Positions 12,311-24,182 of a DNA stretch of 64,000 nt are shown piece after piece. Position numbers and translations under genes: made by a program. The stretch lies in NCBI RefSeq assembly GCF_018350175.1, contig NC_058368.1, positions 118,422,001 to 118,486,000 of the forward strand, given 5' to 3'. Position 1 is the stretch's first letter. Each line of letters starts with the position of its first letter. The stretch is from Felis catus (lineage: Eukaryota). Below the pieces are notes generated by a model. That model was not told the origin of the DNA. It saw only the letters and a program-made list of their open reading frames with translations, and did no database searches.

Positions 12311-13031
12311 GCGTGGTTCAGGAAGGCAGTTCTAAAGTACACTCATGATATAAGCCACGAGTTGCTCAGATGGGTCTTTGAGGGTTTTAGGAAGAACTAA
12401 AGGTGAGCCAGCTTCAGGCTAGGGTCACCTCTGCTGATCCTCAGGAGAGCTGGCCAGGCCTCAGGGAGGTGGACAGTTTTATCCACCATAGGTAGGTAAG
12501 CTTTGGTCATTTACCTTGTGTTCTGGCTACTTCTAAAATAGTTGGGGGAAGGATTTCTTGATCGGGAAAGTATGATACTGTCCTTCAGACAAGACTCCGA
12601 ACTTTGTCAAGAGTTGGGAAAACCATGGCTAGAGCTTTCCAGTAATCTGAACCCCCCCCCCCCTTCCTTCCGGTTAGAGGTACTGTAAACAGTAACTGCC
12701 TACAAGAGGGGTTTGGAGTCTGTTGACTTTGGCTGAGACGTAGCCTGAGAAGACTCATCGGTTTCTAATTCCTGTTCTCTCAGGATATTATTGCAATGAA
12801 CTGGAAAAGTTTTCTTTATTAAAATTGGAGGAAGAGTTGGGGTGTTTTGAGGGAGACCCGCAACAGGAAGGGAGCTGACACCAGAAGTCTGACGGCATTC
12901 CTTCAGAGATTATTTTACCTTTTTTGCGTTGTCAGTGTTGAGTAGCTTAAATAGGCCTTGCATCAGGGGAGGTGAAGAAATAAGTAGGATTCCAGAAGCG
13001 CTGACATTATAGCTAGTCTGCGAGTCAGAGT

Positions 13032-13262
13032 AGTGTGGTGGTTAAGAGTGCAGGCTCTGGGATTCCACTGACCTGGTTCAGATCCTGGCTCCTGCTGTGC
13101 AACACCTGTGTGACCTTGGACCAGTTATTAACCTGTCTGAGCTTCAGTTTCCCTTTTTCTAAAATGAGAATGATTTTGGTACCTGCCTTAGGAGGTGTCA
13201 AGAAGATCAAGCACTAATGCAGGCAATACCCTGAGTAAGTGTTCAGCAATTATTAGCCATTG
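13032..13262 (+). mobile_element. Near full-length MIR
   Basis: GTGGTTAAGAGTGCAGGCTCTGG...TGTGTGACCTTGG...TCAGTTTCC..TAAAATG. Confidence 0.85.
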
Positions 13263-14108
13263 GTTAGTCTCTGTTTTTGTTATCAGTGCAGGATGACCCC
13301 CAGGCTGTCTGCCCAGGCTGGCAGCCAGCTTCTGATTAAGAATAAAACATCAATGTATTACTTATGGAGTTATATGAATTTTGTCGAATTCTAACCTTAC
13401 TTGCTTTTTCATTTCTAGCTAGTTTTTTTTTTTTTTTTTTTTTTTTTTAGGGCACGCACACTTAGGAAATTCCTTTCAGATGGGAAAGAAGTGTCTTAAA
13501 AATTATAGTTGGTGTTCTGTACATCAAAGGTTGGTTAGTTTTATTGGCTAAAAACAAAGTATGGCAGTTAAATGAGGATGACGTATTCATATTATTTACT
13601 CCACATGTTCATTGAGATGCTCCTGTCACCTTCTTGCATCCTTCCTATGCTTCCTTTGCAGTCTCCAGTCACACTGACCTTTCCCCCTTGCCCACCACAG
13701 GGCCTTTGGACAGGTTGTTCCCTGGACCTGGAGCATTTTTTGTCACTTTGCCTTTTTACTACTCTTGGTCGAGACTCGTCTCAGCCTGACTCCACTGGTC
13801 CCTCTATAGAATGCTGATTTTTTCATTCTGCAGCACAGAAGCTGTCTAAGGAAATGTGGAAAATACCTAGCACAGTGCCTGGAAATTTTTGGCATTCAGT
13901 AAATGTTAGTTCTCTTCCCTGTGCCAGAATTTAGGAACTCAGGTGGAGAAACAGGTGGGAGAGGAGAGCGCAAGACACGGGTGTCAGCACAGCATTCAGA
14001 TGATGAAGATCAGCAGGTGGCTGGAAAAGCAGGGGTGTGGTTGGCAAGGGAGAGAAGGTAGTTTCACCTTCGCAGAGTTATTGTTGAGGCTAATGGAGTG
14101 AGAAGAGA

Positions 14109-14482
14109 TGTCTTAGTCTGTCCAGGCTGCTGTAATAAACTACCATAGACTGGGTGGCTTATAAAAAACACTTATTTATTTGTCACAGTTCTGGAGGCTA
14201 GAAGTCCAAGATCAAGGTGCCAGCATGGTCAAGTTCTGGTGAGGGTTCTTTTCCAGGTTGCAGACTTGACTTCTTGTATCTTCCATTGGCTGACAGCCGA
14301 GGGAGGAACAAAGCTCTTTCCTGACTCTTAGAAGGGCACTAATCCTATCATGGGGGCTCTATCTTCATGACTATCTAATCCTCATTACTTCCTAAAGGCG
14401 TCACTTCCTAATACCATCAGATTGGACAAGAGGGTTTCAGTATGTGAATTGTGGGGAAGGCACAAACATTTAGTCTTTTGCA
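14109..14482 (-). mobile_element. MaLR solo LTR (MLT1A-like)
   Basis: TGTCTTAGTC...CACAGTTCTGGAGGCTAGAAGTCCAAGATCAAGGTGCCAGCATGG...CA; flanks AGAGA/AGGGA (4/5 TSD match). Confidence 0.92.
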
Positions 14483-15635
14483 AGGGAGGTTTGGGTAGAA
14501 CTTGGGGGAACATCTCCCTCTGAGGGTAAAAGGAAGAAGCAGGGAGCCCAGTGAAGAATAGTCAGAGACAGAGGGGAGGGACCCCAAGAGGATGGTGTCT
14601 TGAAAGCCTTGGTTCATGAGATGGGTTTTTGTGCTTGTAAACAAGGCGAAGGCTAAGAGGACCTTGGGTGTGCTGCTGCCTTTTCAGCCCTCTGCCTGTT
14701 ACTCCTGTTCCCTGACCATAGCCTGCATCTCCAGCCTGAGGCAGACATCTAGTCACTGCCCACCTGTCGTGAGGTGGTGTGGACAGATTGGTACAGCTTC
14801 AGTGCCTGACTCAGTACCTTGCCCAGAACAGCCTCTTTATCCTTCCTTATCAAACTGTACTGTCCACCACTCCTGCAAAGATGGTGGTGAGTGGTTACAT
14901 CAGCATTGTTCCTATAGGAGAATCAGCCACACTGACCCTGAAAAGTTCAAGTGTGTTGTTTAAAATGACTCACTAGACTTTGGATCTACTTGGAGTTTGT
15001 GGAAGCAGAGCTGTAGTTGTAATTGATTTGTGAAACTTTGACAGGTTAGTTCTGGGCTTCATTTTTTAGAAATAAGATATGAATAATAGGGCTATCAGAA
15101 TGGCCTCTGGGATTATGATTAAGGTTCTGCTTTCTCACCCTTAGTGTGTCAACCAGTCCCAAGCCTGGGAACGTGGTGTCTGTCCCAGTGTTCGTTAGGA
15201 GTTCTGATAGCACGCAGCTCTTGCCACATTTCCTTAGATTTTCCTGGCCTCAAAGTGTATAGTCCCCTCCACCCTATGTGGGATCACAAACAGGAATGCT
15301 ACCTAACAATTACGGTTTAAAAAAAATTCAGTCTGTTTTAACCCTCTGTCTGTGCTCTGGACCAAAGCCAGGCTCCCCTGGGCCTTGTTGAGGCCAGCCA
15401 AGCCACACCTCAGCCAGGTGGCATACCTTCTCTCAGCTTTCTTCCCTTTGTACACCCTTATTTTCTTAATGCTGCACCCATAGGTGTGGTTTTGCTCCCT
15501 GGGTTCTGGGACCGACACAGACGGCAGGGCTGCTGGGGGGAGGATCCTTTGGTGGCTGTACCTTATGTTGTCCCTCGGACACTAGCTCTTTTTGGTGTCT
15601 CTCTGCTGTCTTTTAATATGACTTCGTAAAGGAAG

Positions 15636-15855
15636 GTAGCGTGATGGGTAGGAACTTAGAGTCTAGAGTTTGGATCCTGTATTTATTAACCGTGTCACTC
15701 TGGCCATCACTTAATTTTTCCGAGTCTCCTTTTCCTCATGTGGAAAGTTGGGAAAGTGACATTACCACCTTCATTGGGCTCTCAGGAAGAATAAATGCGA
15801 TCATAATGGTCAGTAGCCTAGTTCATATGCTAATGCACACAGTAAATGTTAGCTC
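15636..15855 (+). mobile_element. MIR remnant
   Basis: TTTCCTCATGTGGAAA core-like segment and AGTAAATGTTAGCT end. Confidence 0.6.
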
Positions 15856-16962
15856 TTTGTCCATCATTCTTATTTGGTTCCTACCGTCAGCAAGTGATAG
15901 AGCTCCATGCACCCTTATGCCAGCTCCTTCTCATGGTGCCTCTCGCCGAGTGATGCGGAGGGGACCCTCAAAGGGTCCCCCTTTCCTATCCCTGTGATAA
16001 GGTTCTAGTCACATCCTTCATCTGGGTATGTCTGGATAGGCACCCATCCTGGCCCGCCTTCAGCTACACCTGTTCACCTGGACCCGGGGTGCGTGACACA
16101 AGGAGTCCGAGTTTGGCAGGGATGCGGTTGCAAGGAGCAGCTGCCTACTCAGACCAGCTGAAGCCGAGAGGAGAAATTTATTTCTGGGATGTCCCATGGA
16201 CCCTGAGGGCAGGAAGTGCAGCTGGCCTGGAACCAAGAATTGGGAAATCAGAGGCTGGGTTGTGCTTACTTTCTCTCTGGGGCTGCTCCTGTCTCCTCTT
16301 GACTCCAAAGACTGTGTTTCTGCTGCAGTGTGCTCCCGAGGCCGAAGCAGACCACTCCAGCCCAGCTGTTAACACCCCTCAGTTTGAATGTCCAGCATCA
16401 ATTAACAAGCTCCTCTGTGCCCTAATTACAAATTCCCTGAACGGAAGCAGATTGGCCGCACTAGTCCGGATGCCACGTGTGGTCTTTGCAGTGAGGAGAC
16501 TGGGCTGGGGGTGGGGTGGGCGTGTCTTACCTCACTGATAAGGACAGGTAGGCCACAGAAGGATCATTCACCTCCAGATGTGTCCTGTCTCCTGGCCTTC
16601 TGGCAGGAAGGAACTCCCTCTCTCTTACTCCTGTCGTCAACTCTGCCAGGTTTATGTAGGCTCAGGCTGTTAGGTCATCTGGGATTTGCCACGTGGATAA
16701 CCCCACACATCACAGGCCATGAGTGCCTCCTAAAGTCGCCCAGTGGTTCCAGACCTTTGGATCACATAAACCACTATTTCCTGAAGAGGGACAATATTTA
16801 CATGCAGGCAACATGGGGGATGGTTTTAGGTGATACACTAACAAAGTGTTTTTGTACTAATAACTGTATATTTATTTGGAAAACTTAAAACTAAGGGTCA
16901 AATCCACAATTTCACATCTGGATGTGAGCTTTGCCATTCTCATCTGAAAAGAGGATTGGACA

Positions 16963-17172
16963 GGGCGCCTGGGAAGCTCAGTCAGTTAAGCTTCTGACTC
17001 TGGGTCAGCTCATGATCTCCTGGTACATGAGTTCAGGCCCCTTGTCAGGCTCTGTGCTGACAGCTCAGAGCCTGGATTCTGTTTCGGATTCTGTGTGTCC
17101 CTCTCTCTCTGCCCCTTCCCTGCTCATGCTCTGTCTCTCAAAAATAAAAACAAACATTAAAAAAAAAATTAA
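16963..17172 (+). mobile_element. Can-SINE, full length
   Basis: GGGCGCCTGGG head, GGCTCTGTGCTGACAGCTCAGAGCCTGG body, A tail. Confidence 0.95.
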
Positions 17173-17378
17173 GTAGCGTGGGTCTGGGAAAAATAAAAAG
17201 TGACAGTTGTATGTGGATGATTGAATTGGGACACTGGTGATGTACAGACCAGGGGTTTTACCTGAGAGCTCAAGGGAAGAGTTCAGGAGGTTTGTGGATC
17301 CTTTGAAATTTACGTATTTACTTGTCTGCCTTTATTTCCTAGGAATTAAGTCTTAACTTGGTTTAAAAATTTAGTGTG

Positions 17379-17598
17379 GGGGCACCTGGATGGCTCAGTC
17401 ACTTGAGTGTCTGACTTCGGCTCAGGTCATGATCTCACAGCTCGTGAGTTCGAGCCCCGCGTCGGGCTCTGTGCTGACAGCTCAGAGCCTGGAGCCTGCT
17501 TCTGCTTCTGTGTCTCCCTCTCTCTCTGCCCCTAACCCACTCACATTCTGTCTCTGTCTTTCTTAAAAACAAATAAACATTAAAAAAAAAAATTAAAA
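17379..17598 (+). mobile_element. Can-SINE, full length
   Basis: Perfect 14-bp TSD AAAAATTTAGTGTG at 17365-17378 and 17599-17612. Confidence 0.97.
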
Positions 17599-17649
17599 AA
17601 AAATTTAGTGTGTATTGCAACTTGCTGGGAGTTATTTATTAAGAATTAG

Positions 17650-17761
17650 TTTCCTTACCCCCAAATTTTGATGGGGCAGTTGGAACAGAACCTAAGAATG
17701 TGTATTTTCACAAACATTTAGGTGACTGTCAACAGTCACTCTCCGACTTTGAGGAACACTG
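17650..17761. mobile_element. MER5-type hAT MITE remnant
   Basis: CCTAAGAATGTGTATTTTCACAA..AGGTGA...CTTTGAGGAACACTG. Confidence 0.55.
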
Positions 17762-18964
17762 ATTAAAGAGGTCCAGGACACCGCAGACTTGAGAATCCAT
17801 TTCTGACCCATCCCAACAGCCTTAGGATCGTTGTGCAAGCTGGCAAAACTTTCTTGTCAAGAGGGTTTGAGGTCTGTGCACAGGAATTTGCTCGACGTAA
17901 TTGTATCACAAATTTTTAAGGGTTTCTTAGCAATGGGGTTCTCTTGTCTCTGAACAGCTGTTTTATGTTTGTGTTTGGCCCCACTAGTTCAAGATGCTAA
18001 TAAAGACTCAGGCTCATGTTGAACAGTGCCAGCCTGGAGGTGAAAGCTTTGGGTGACCTTAAATCCGGTGCTACAGTGAGACGTGTTTGGCCGCAGCGGT
18101 TGTTAAAGACCATCACGATGTATTTTACCAAAATTAAAACATAGGAAAAAAGACCATCACAGATGTTTGTGTGTGGCAGCGGCAGCCACCAGCATTGTCC
18201 TCGGATGGCTCGTGTGTATCTGATGGCAGCAGTGGGATGCCTCGGATGGCAGCAGTGGGAGCTGGCCTCTGCCCCGGAGACACAGCAGAGCAGTTAGGCT
18301 TTTGAGTTTAGAAAAGAAAGGAACATTTTCCTGTGAATAGATCTCGATCTCTGGATGTTCATAAAGGTCATAATAAAACCTTGTTTCCAATTACATTTTA
18401 TATGTGAGGAAACCGAGATCTCCAAGGGTAATTAGGAAGGAGAGCTGGGAGAGAGGGATAGCCTTCTCTCCCTGAGTCTAGCCTAGGAATCACATTATCT
18501 GGGAAGGCAATGCTGCATAGTGTGGGATTTGGGGAGCTTCTGCTATGCTTAGGGCAGACAGGATGCCAGAAAGGGATTACTTGAGGTGGGACTCCAGCCG
18601 AAGATGAGTGAACTGTGCCTTGGAGTCAGAGTACAGAGCTTCCTGGTGTTCTTTCCTAAAAAAAATTGCTCACACATGGGCCAGAGCTGTCAAAAGGGTG
18701 CATCCCTTGGCCCCACCCCCAGCTAGTCTGGTGTTGGTAACAGTGATTGGTAGGCACCTAAGGCAGCAATTCTTACCTTGGGATCCGTAGACAACCTCAC
18801 AGAGTTGGGGAGGCTCCTTCAATGGCTTGTGGCAGAATTTTGAGATCTGGTGTATGTGTGCTTATCCCTGGCTGTACTCTCTGAGCTGTCTCTTACCCCG
18901 AACAGATATCTCACTGCAAGGAGAGTGTTCATCACTGGACTTTGGCTGGCTGGTCTAGGTCCTT

Positions 18965-19138
18965 TTTTGGAAAGTATGGTTTATGAGCCACTATCATCAG
19001 CATCATCTGACCATTTTTTTTATGCATGCAAAATCTTGTCCTGTCCTCTGCCTCCCCCACCCCTCCCACAGGATTGGAATTGGCAGTTTAATAAGATACC
19101 CAGGTGATTTCGTGAACATTAACTTTTGAGGAGCACTG
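18965..19138. mobile_element. MER5B-like hAT MITE remnant
   Basis: CATCAGCATCATCTG...TTTAATAAGATACCCAGGTGATT...TTTGAGGAGCACTG. Confidence 0.65.
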
Positions 19139-19955
19139 ATCTGGGTAACCCTCTATGAGAGAGTCGGTTTCCAATGCCAACTCTGCGTTAGGCGGAATTT
19201 TTATTAAGAAAGGCTATATTTGCTTATAAAATAGTTCAGGAAATGGGGTACCTCTGTGTGTCCTAATTCTCATCTCCTTTGCTTAGTGGGTGCTTAGCTG
19301 ATTATAAATTGAGGTAGACTTACATAAAGGGATTTTTTTGACTTAGATTGTTTAATGCACATGAACTTTTAGGTTGGCCATAAAATGGCATCTGGCTCAA
19401 CCCTTTGAGAGTGATAACATGTTGAAACTGATAAACTGTTGATCTACAAAACAAACTCCATTCCTCATAAGGAATTTCTTCTAAGAGTATCATTGTGGAC
19501 TTTAAGGAAGTCATGGCATTGACTTCTCAGCCTTGCAAGGTTATCTTGGCGAGGTCTTTGCTTGTCCATTTTCTTTCCCTTACCTTTTGCCCAGAGTTGG
19601 CTCGCTCTTCAACTTGATGTTACCCTGACTTTTTGATGAATTGTAAACAACGGGCCAGTTTAGTCTTAGATTTGCCCAGAGAGTTGCCTGATGACTCATA
19701 TAGTTAATAAATGAAGCCAGCTGGATGTCCACACATCTTTAGTTTTGCGATGGTGTATTTTCTGGTGACATGCACGTTGGACTCTGTTTATCTCTGAAGG
19801 GGAGCCTCTCTTCATTTGGTGTATATTGAACGGGCAGTCCTTACAGTTAATGCTTGACTTTAGCCCATTATTGAACATTAACTCTCTGTGGGTGTGTCAG
19901 CAAAAACAGCGTAGGGTTGAATCATTGTATTTTTTACTATAATTCCAATGTACTT

Positions 19956-20158
19956 GGGTGCCTGGGTGGCTCATTTGGTTGAGCAGCTGACTTCAGCTCT
20001 GGTCATGATCTCGAGGTTTGTAGGTTCGAGCCCCACATCGGGTTCACTGCTTTCAGTGCAGAGCATGCTTTGGATCCTCTGTGGTCCTCTCTCTGCCCTT
20101 CCCCCACTTGCATGTGTGTGCGCACTCGCTCTGTCTCTCAGAAATATTAAAAAATAAA
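19956..20158 (+). mobile_element. Can-SINE, older subfamily
   Basis: GGGTGCCTGGGTGGCTCA head, GGTTCGAGCCCC, CT-rich segment and short A tail. Confidence 0.93.
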
Positions 20159-20514
20159 TTCCTGTGTAGGGAATGAACATAATAGGGCATCTGATCTCTC
20201 TCTCCTTGTATATATATATACATATATGACTCGTGTCACAGTTAAAATTCTTTCTACGTTAGGATAAGCCATTTGTACTGTTTTACTGTCTCCATCAAAA
20301 CCTCGGACACTGTATTGGTTACGTGACTGTCTCCCCAGTGGACTGTGGTCGTTGAAGTTTGAGCCCCACGTTATTCAGTGTTCTATCTCTAACCTTTAGC
20401 ATGGTGCCTGGCAGACAAGGGAGCAGTCGACAAATACTTGGTGAATGACTGAATCGATTAGCCACTTTCAGCAGTCTGTGTTCTGGTTCAGAGGTGAGCC
20501 CCCGTTTGTTGACA

Positions 20515-20740
20515 ATAGCTGCTGTCATTTATTGAGTGCTTTCTAGGAGAAAAGCACTGTGCTAAGCACTTTAAATACTTCATGTCGTTTTAATTCTCTC
20601 AACCACCTTATGAGGCAGGTGGTATCCCAGTTTTACTCTTGAGGAAGCTTATCAAGTAACTTCGGGAACATCATTCAGTTGGTGAGGGTAGAACAGAGAT
20701 TGGACCCCAGGCCATGAGATTTTGAAGCTGGTGCTCAGTT
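20515..20740 (-). mobile_element. MIR remnant, preceded by an L2 tail at about 20390-20455
   Basis: CATTTATTGAGTGCTT..GCACTGTGCTAAGCACTTTA..TATGAGGCAGGT. Confidence 0.72.
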
Positions 20741-21236
20741 ACACAGGGTCCAGCTCTGTTCAGTTGAGGATACTGACCTGCAGAGAATGATGGGATATTG
20801 CTTCTGCTTGGCTCCTTTCAGATGATACACAGATACAGGTATAAAAAACACTGCAGAGGTGTGTTTTTGCTCTTTGTCCCTGGAGAAGTAAAGCTCCAGA
20901 CTGATGAGTGTGCTCCCAGTTCTCCATTGTCTGTCTTAGTCCCTTGTACGGACTCTGTGACTTTAGACCCTGCTCTCTTAGTTTTTTGAATAATCTGTGC
21001 CATCCTGCCTTCATCTGGCGTTAATGGCAAACCAATCTCAAAGCGCTGGTCATAACCACGTATTGTAATTAAAAACAAACCATGTTCCCTTCTCAAGACA
21101 TAGGACCGTGAGCCTGGTTTGGAACCTTTTTTTAGATCCTAACAACCCATGCTCTGTTGTCTTTAATGTGAATGTCATAGTGTGTGTGTGTTAACAGGTA
21201 TTTGACAGCAGTAATTCTTTGGGACAGCTTTTATAA

Positions 21237-21680
21237 TTTTTTTTAATGTTTATTTATTTAAAAAATTTTTTTTAACGTTTATTTACTTTTGAGAGAGACA
21301 GAGACAGAGTGCGAGTGAGTTAGAGGCAGAGAGAGAGAGAGAGAGACAGAGACAGATCTGAAGCAGGCTCCAGGCTCCAAGCTGTCAGCACAGAGCCCAA
21401 CGCGGGGCTCGAAATCATGGACAGTGACATCATAACCTGAGCCGAAGTTGGATGCTCAACCGACTGAGCCACCCAGGTGCCCCTTAATGTTTATTTCTAA
21501 GAAAGAGACAGAGCATGTGCAGGGGAGGGGCAGAGAGAGAGGGAGACACAGAATCCAAAGCAGGCTCCAGGATCTGAGATGTCAGCACAGAGCCTGATGA
21601 GGGGCTCGAACTCATGAACTGCAAGATCATAACCTGAGCCGAAGTCAGATACTTAACCAACTGAGCCACCCAGGCACCTC
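21237..21680 (-). mobile_element. Nested Can-SINE pair: inner 21256-21483 inserted in the tail of the outer copy
   Basis: Inner TSD TTAATGTTTATTT (21243-21255, 21484-21496); outer TSD TTTGGG[A/C]CAGCTTTTATAA (21218-21236, 21683-21701). Confidence 0.96.
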
Positions 21681-22777
21681 TGTTTGGGCCAGCTTTTATA
21701 ACTTACTGATGGTTCTTTAAAGGCAGTTTCTCCTTAGGTAACTTCCCGCTACTACTTACTGCTTTGGGCAAAAGGATTCGTTGTTTTGTAAGGCCTGTCC
21801 TAGCAGAATTTTTCACTTTTCAAAAGTGGGCATAGTATTTGTAACCTGAAAAGATGTTTCCTTTCAGTGGTTGGCAGATAAATAAAATAGCAATGAATAG
21901 GTATTGTAAATAATACGCAGGCCATTTCACTTATTTTCCTGCGCTTCTGAGCTGATGCATGTATTTTGGGACAGATTCCACAGTCTGTTTCAAGTCACAT
22001 TTTGTTGTTGTTTGTGGAACTCTGCAGAAGTTTGAGGGTTTTTGGGTATATGTTTGCTGCAGTTCAGTTTGCTGTGTGTGTCTTAACCTGTGTGTCCTGG
22101 GATGTTCCTGCTATCCAGGTTTCTCAGAGTATGTGTTGTTGCTTCTTGAGCACGGCTGTTAGTCCTGCATTTGGCAAAATAGCAGAATTGTAAACTCCTC
22201 AAGGAGCTAGGTGTGGAGTAGGAGTCTCTGAGCAATCCCCCTCCCACCCACCCTTATCACACAACCCACCTTGCTTTTCTTCAGGATAGAGGCGGAGAGT
22301 GTGTGGGCCCCGAGGCTCTGGTACCTGCTGTTTCGCTGACATCCCACGGGGCTGCAGCCCTAGCATCAGCAGCTGGATAAGCTTCAGAGTGGGTGTCCTG
22401 GCAGGGGAGCCAGACAGGTGATTTGTTAAATTATTACCCGTATGCAGCTTCTGGCCCTTGGTGCCAGGCAGTGTGGAGCTTGGCAGGATTAGAAAGAGGC
22501 TGATTACACAGCCAGCAGAGGTGGGAGGCAGGACGGCCGCTGCCACTGTGCTGAACTATCGAGACGCCCACAGAAAGTGGTCCCACAGCTATGTCTCTGT
22601 GGGGCTTCAGAGCATGTAAGAATTGAGAGATCTAAGCACAGTGCATTGGCTGTAAAAGGATTTCTCAGGAGGTCTTACTATGGGATAGGCCATCAAGAGT
22701 GCCACTGTAGGGGCCCCACCTTCAGCAGCCTATGCAGGAACTATTTTTTAGCAAATAGGGGGGAATCTGACATATGT

Positions 22778-23176
22778 TAAATATTTGAGAGCAACAGTGC
22801 ACGTGGGGGAAAGGCAGAGAAAGGGGGAGACAGAGAATCCTGAGCAGGCTCTGAGCTCCTATCTCAGAGCCTGATGTGGGACTTGAACTCACAAAATTGT
22901 GAGATCATGACCTGAGCCAAAATTAAGAGTTGGACACCGGGGCGCCTGGGTGGCGCAGTCGGTTAAGCGTCCGACTTCAGCCAGGTCATGATCTCACGGT
23001 CCGTGAGTTCGAGCCCCACGTCAGGCTCTGGGCTGATGGCTCGGAGCCTGGAGCCTGTTTCCGATTCTGTGTCTCCCTCTCTCTCTGCCCCTCCCCCGTT
23101 CATGCTCTGTCTCTCTCTGTCCCAAAAATAAATAAACGTTGAAAAAAAAAAAAAAAGAGTTGGACACCTAACTGAC
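22778..23176 (-). mobile_element. Older Can-SINE interrupted by a young SINE
   Basis: Antisense body runs to ...AATTAAGAGTTGGACACC and resumes after 23154 with ...CCTAACTGAC. Confidence 0.88.
22939..23154 (+). mobile_element. Young felid SINE (SINEC_Fc-like)
   Basis: GTGGCGCAGTCGGTTAAGCGTCCGACTTCAGCCAGG, many CpGs intact, pure A tail; perfect TSD AAGAGTTGGACACC (22925-22938, 23155-23168). Confidence 0.98.
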
Positions 23177-23464
23177 AGATACTTACTGGGACTCTTTTGC
23201 CCTGTACTACTGCCAGGAGAGAGGGGAGAAGGTGGGCTGGTACCTTTTCCTGAGATAATTCATAACCTTGCGCCCGCTCCTCTTACTCATTTATATTGAT
23301 TCAGTGTCTTCTCTATTAAAGATCTGTGCTCCTCCATTAAAGATCTGTGCTCCTCCTTCCTTACACCAAGAACAAGAGGCATCTTCCTTTCTCCTTGAGC
23401 CCTGGAGAGCGAGCTCAGCTGAGTCGTGGAGGTAATGGCGAAGAGTACCATTTCCTTGTGCACT

Positions 23465-23580
23465 CTTGGGGGTAATAATGTAGCCCCCTTCATAGGACAG
23501 TTGTGAGGATTTAAATCAACTAAGACATCGGAAGTGCTTACAGTAGTATCTGGCACACAGTACATGCTGTGTTATTACTA
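23465..23580 (+). mobile_element. MIR 3' half
   Basis: CATAGGACAGTTGTGAGGATTTAAAT..AAGTGCTTACAGTAGTATCTGGCACACAGTA. Confidence 0.68.
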
Positions 23581-23967
23581 ATATAACTGTTGTCATGGAG
23601 TGAGGAGAGGTGATGGTGGAGGAAGAGTGTGATGGGCCCTCCTCCTCTATCCGCTGCTGGAGGGGTCTGGGATCCTTCGCACTGCTCCTTCTGCTGCACG
23701 TGGATATGGGGGTGGGGGTGTGGAGACTGAGAGGGAGGAGGCTGAAGGCTGGCCCCTGCCATCATCCAGCCTGGGAGGGGGCTGAGGTCAACAGCCACCT
23801 CCTAGAGATGGGCTGGGCATCACAGCCCCGAGCAGCATTGGTTTCTGTGATTTAGTCTCTTCCCTGCCCCCAGGCCACCAAAAGTTCAACCGTTCTTATT
23901 TTTCTATTGGAATTCCTTAGAGGGATGATGCATTGCTTCTGGGACATTCAGGACGTGATGTTTTTTG

Positions 23968-24182
23968 TTCTTTCTTTCCTTTCTTTCTTTTTCTTTCCTT
24001 TTCTTTCCTTTTCTTTCCTTTTCTTTCCTTTTCTTTCCTTTCCTTTCCTTTCCTTTTCTTTTCTTTTCTTTTCTTTTCTTTTCTTTTCTTTTCTTTTCTT
24101 TTCTTTTCTTTTCTTTTCTTTTCTTTTCTTTTCTTTTCTTTTCTTTTCTTTTCTTTTCTTTTCTTTTCTTTTCTTTCTTTTT
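23968..24182. repeat. Compound pyrimidine microsatellite (TTCTTTCCTT)5(TCCTT)3(TTCTT)24
   Basis: Read directly; no purine across 215 nt. Confidence 0.97.

Noticed and set aside
14010..14023. CTCF-like motif TCAGCAGGTGGCTG
   Set aside because: Single imperfect match; expected by chance in 64 kb without ChIP or conservation support
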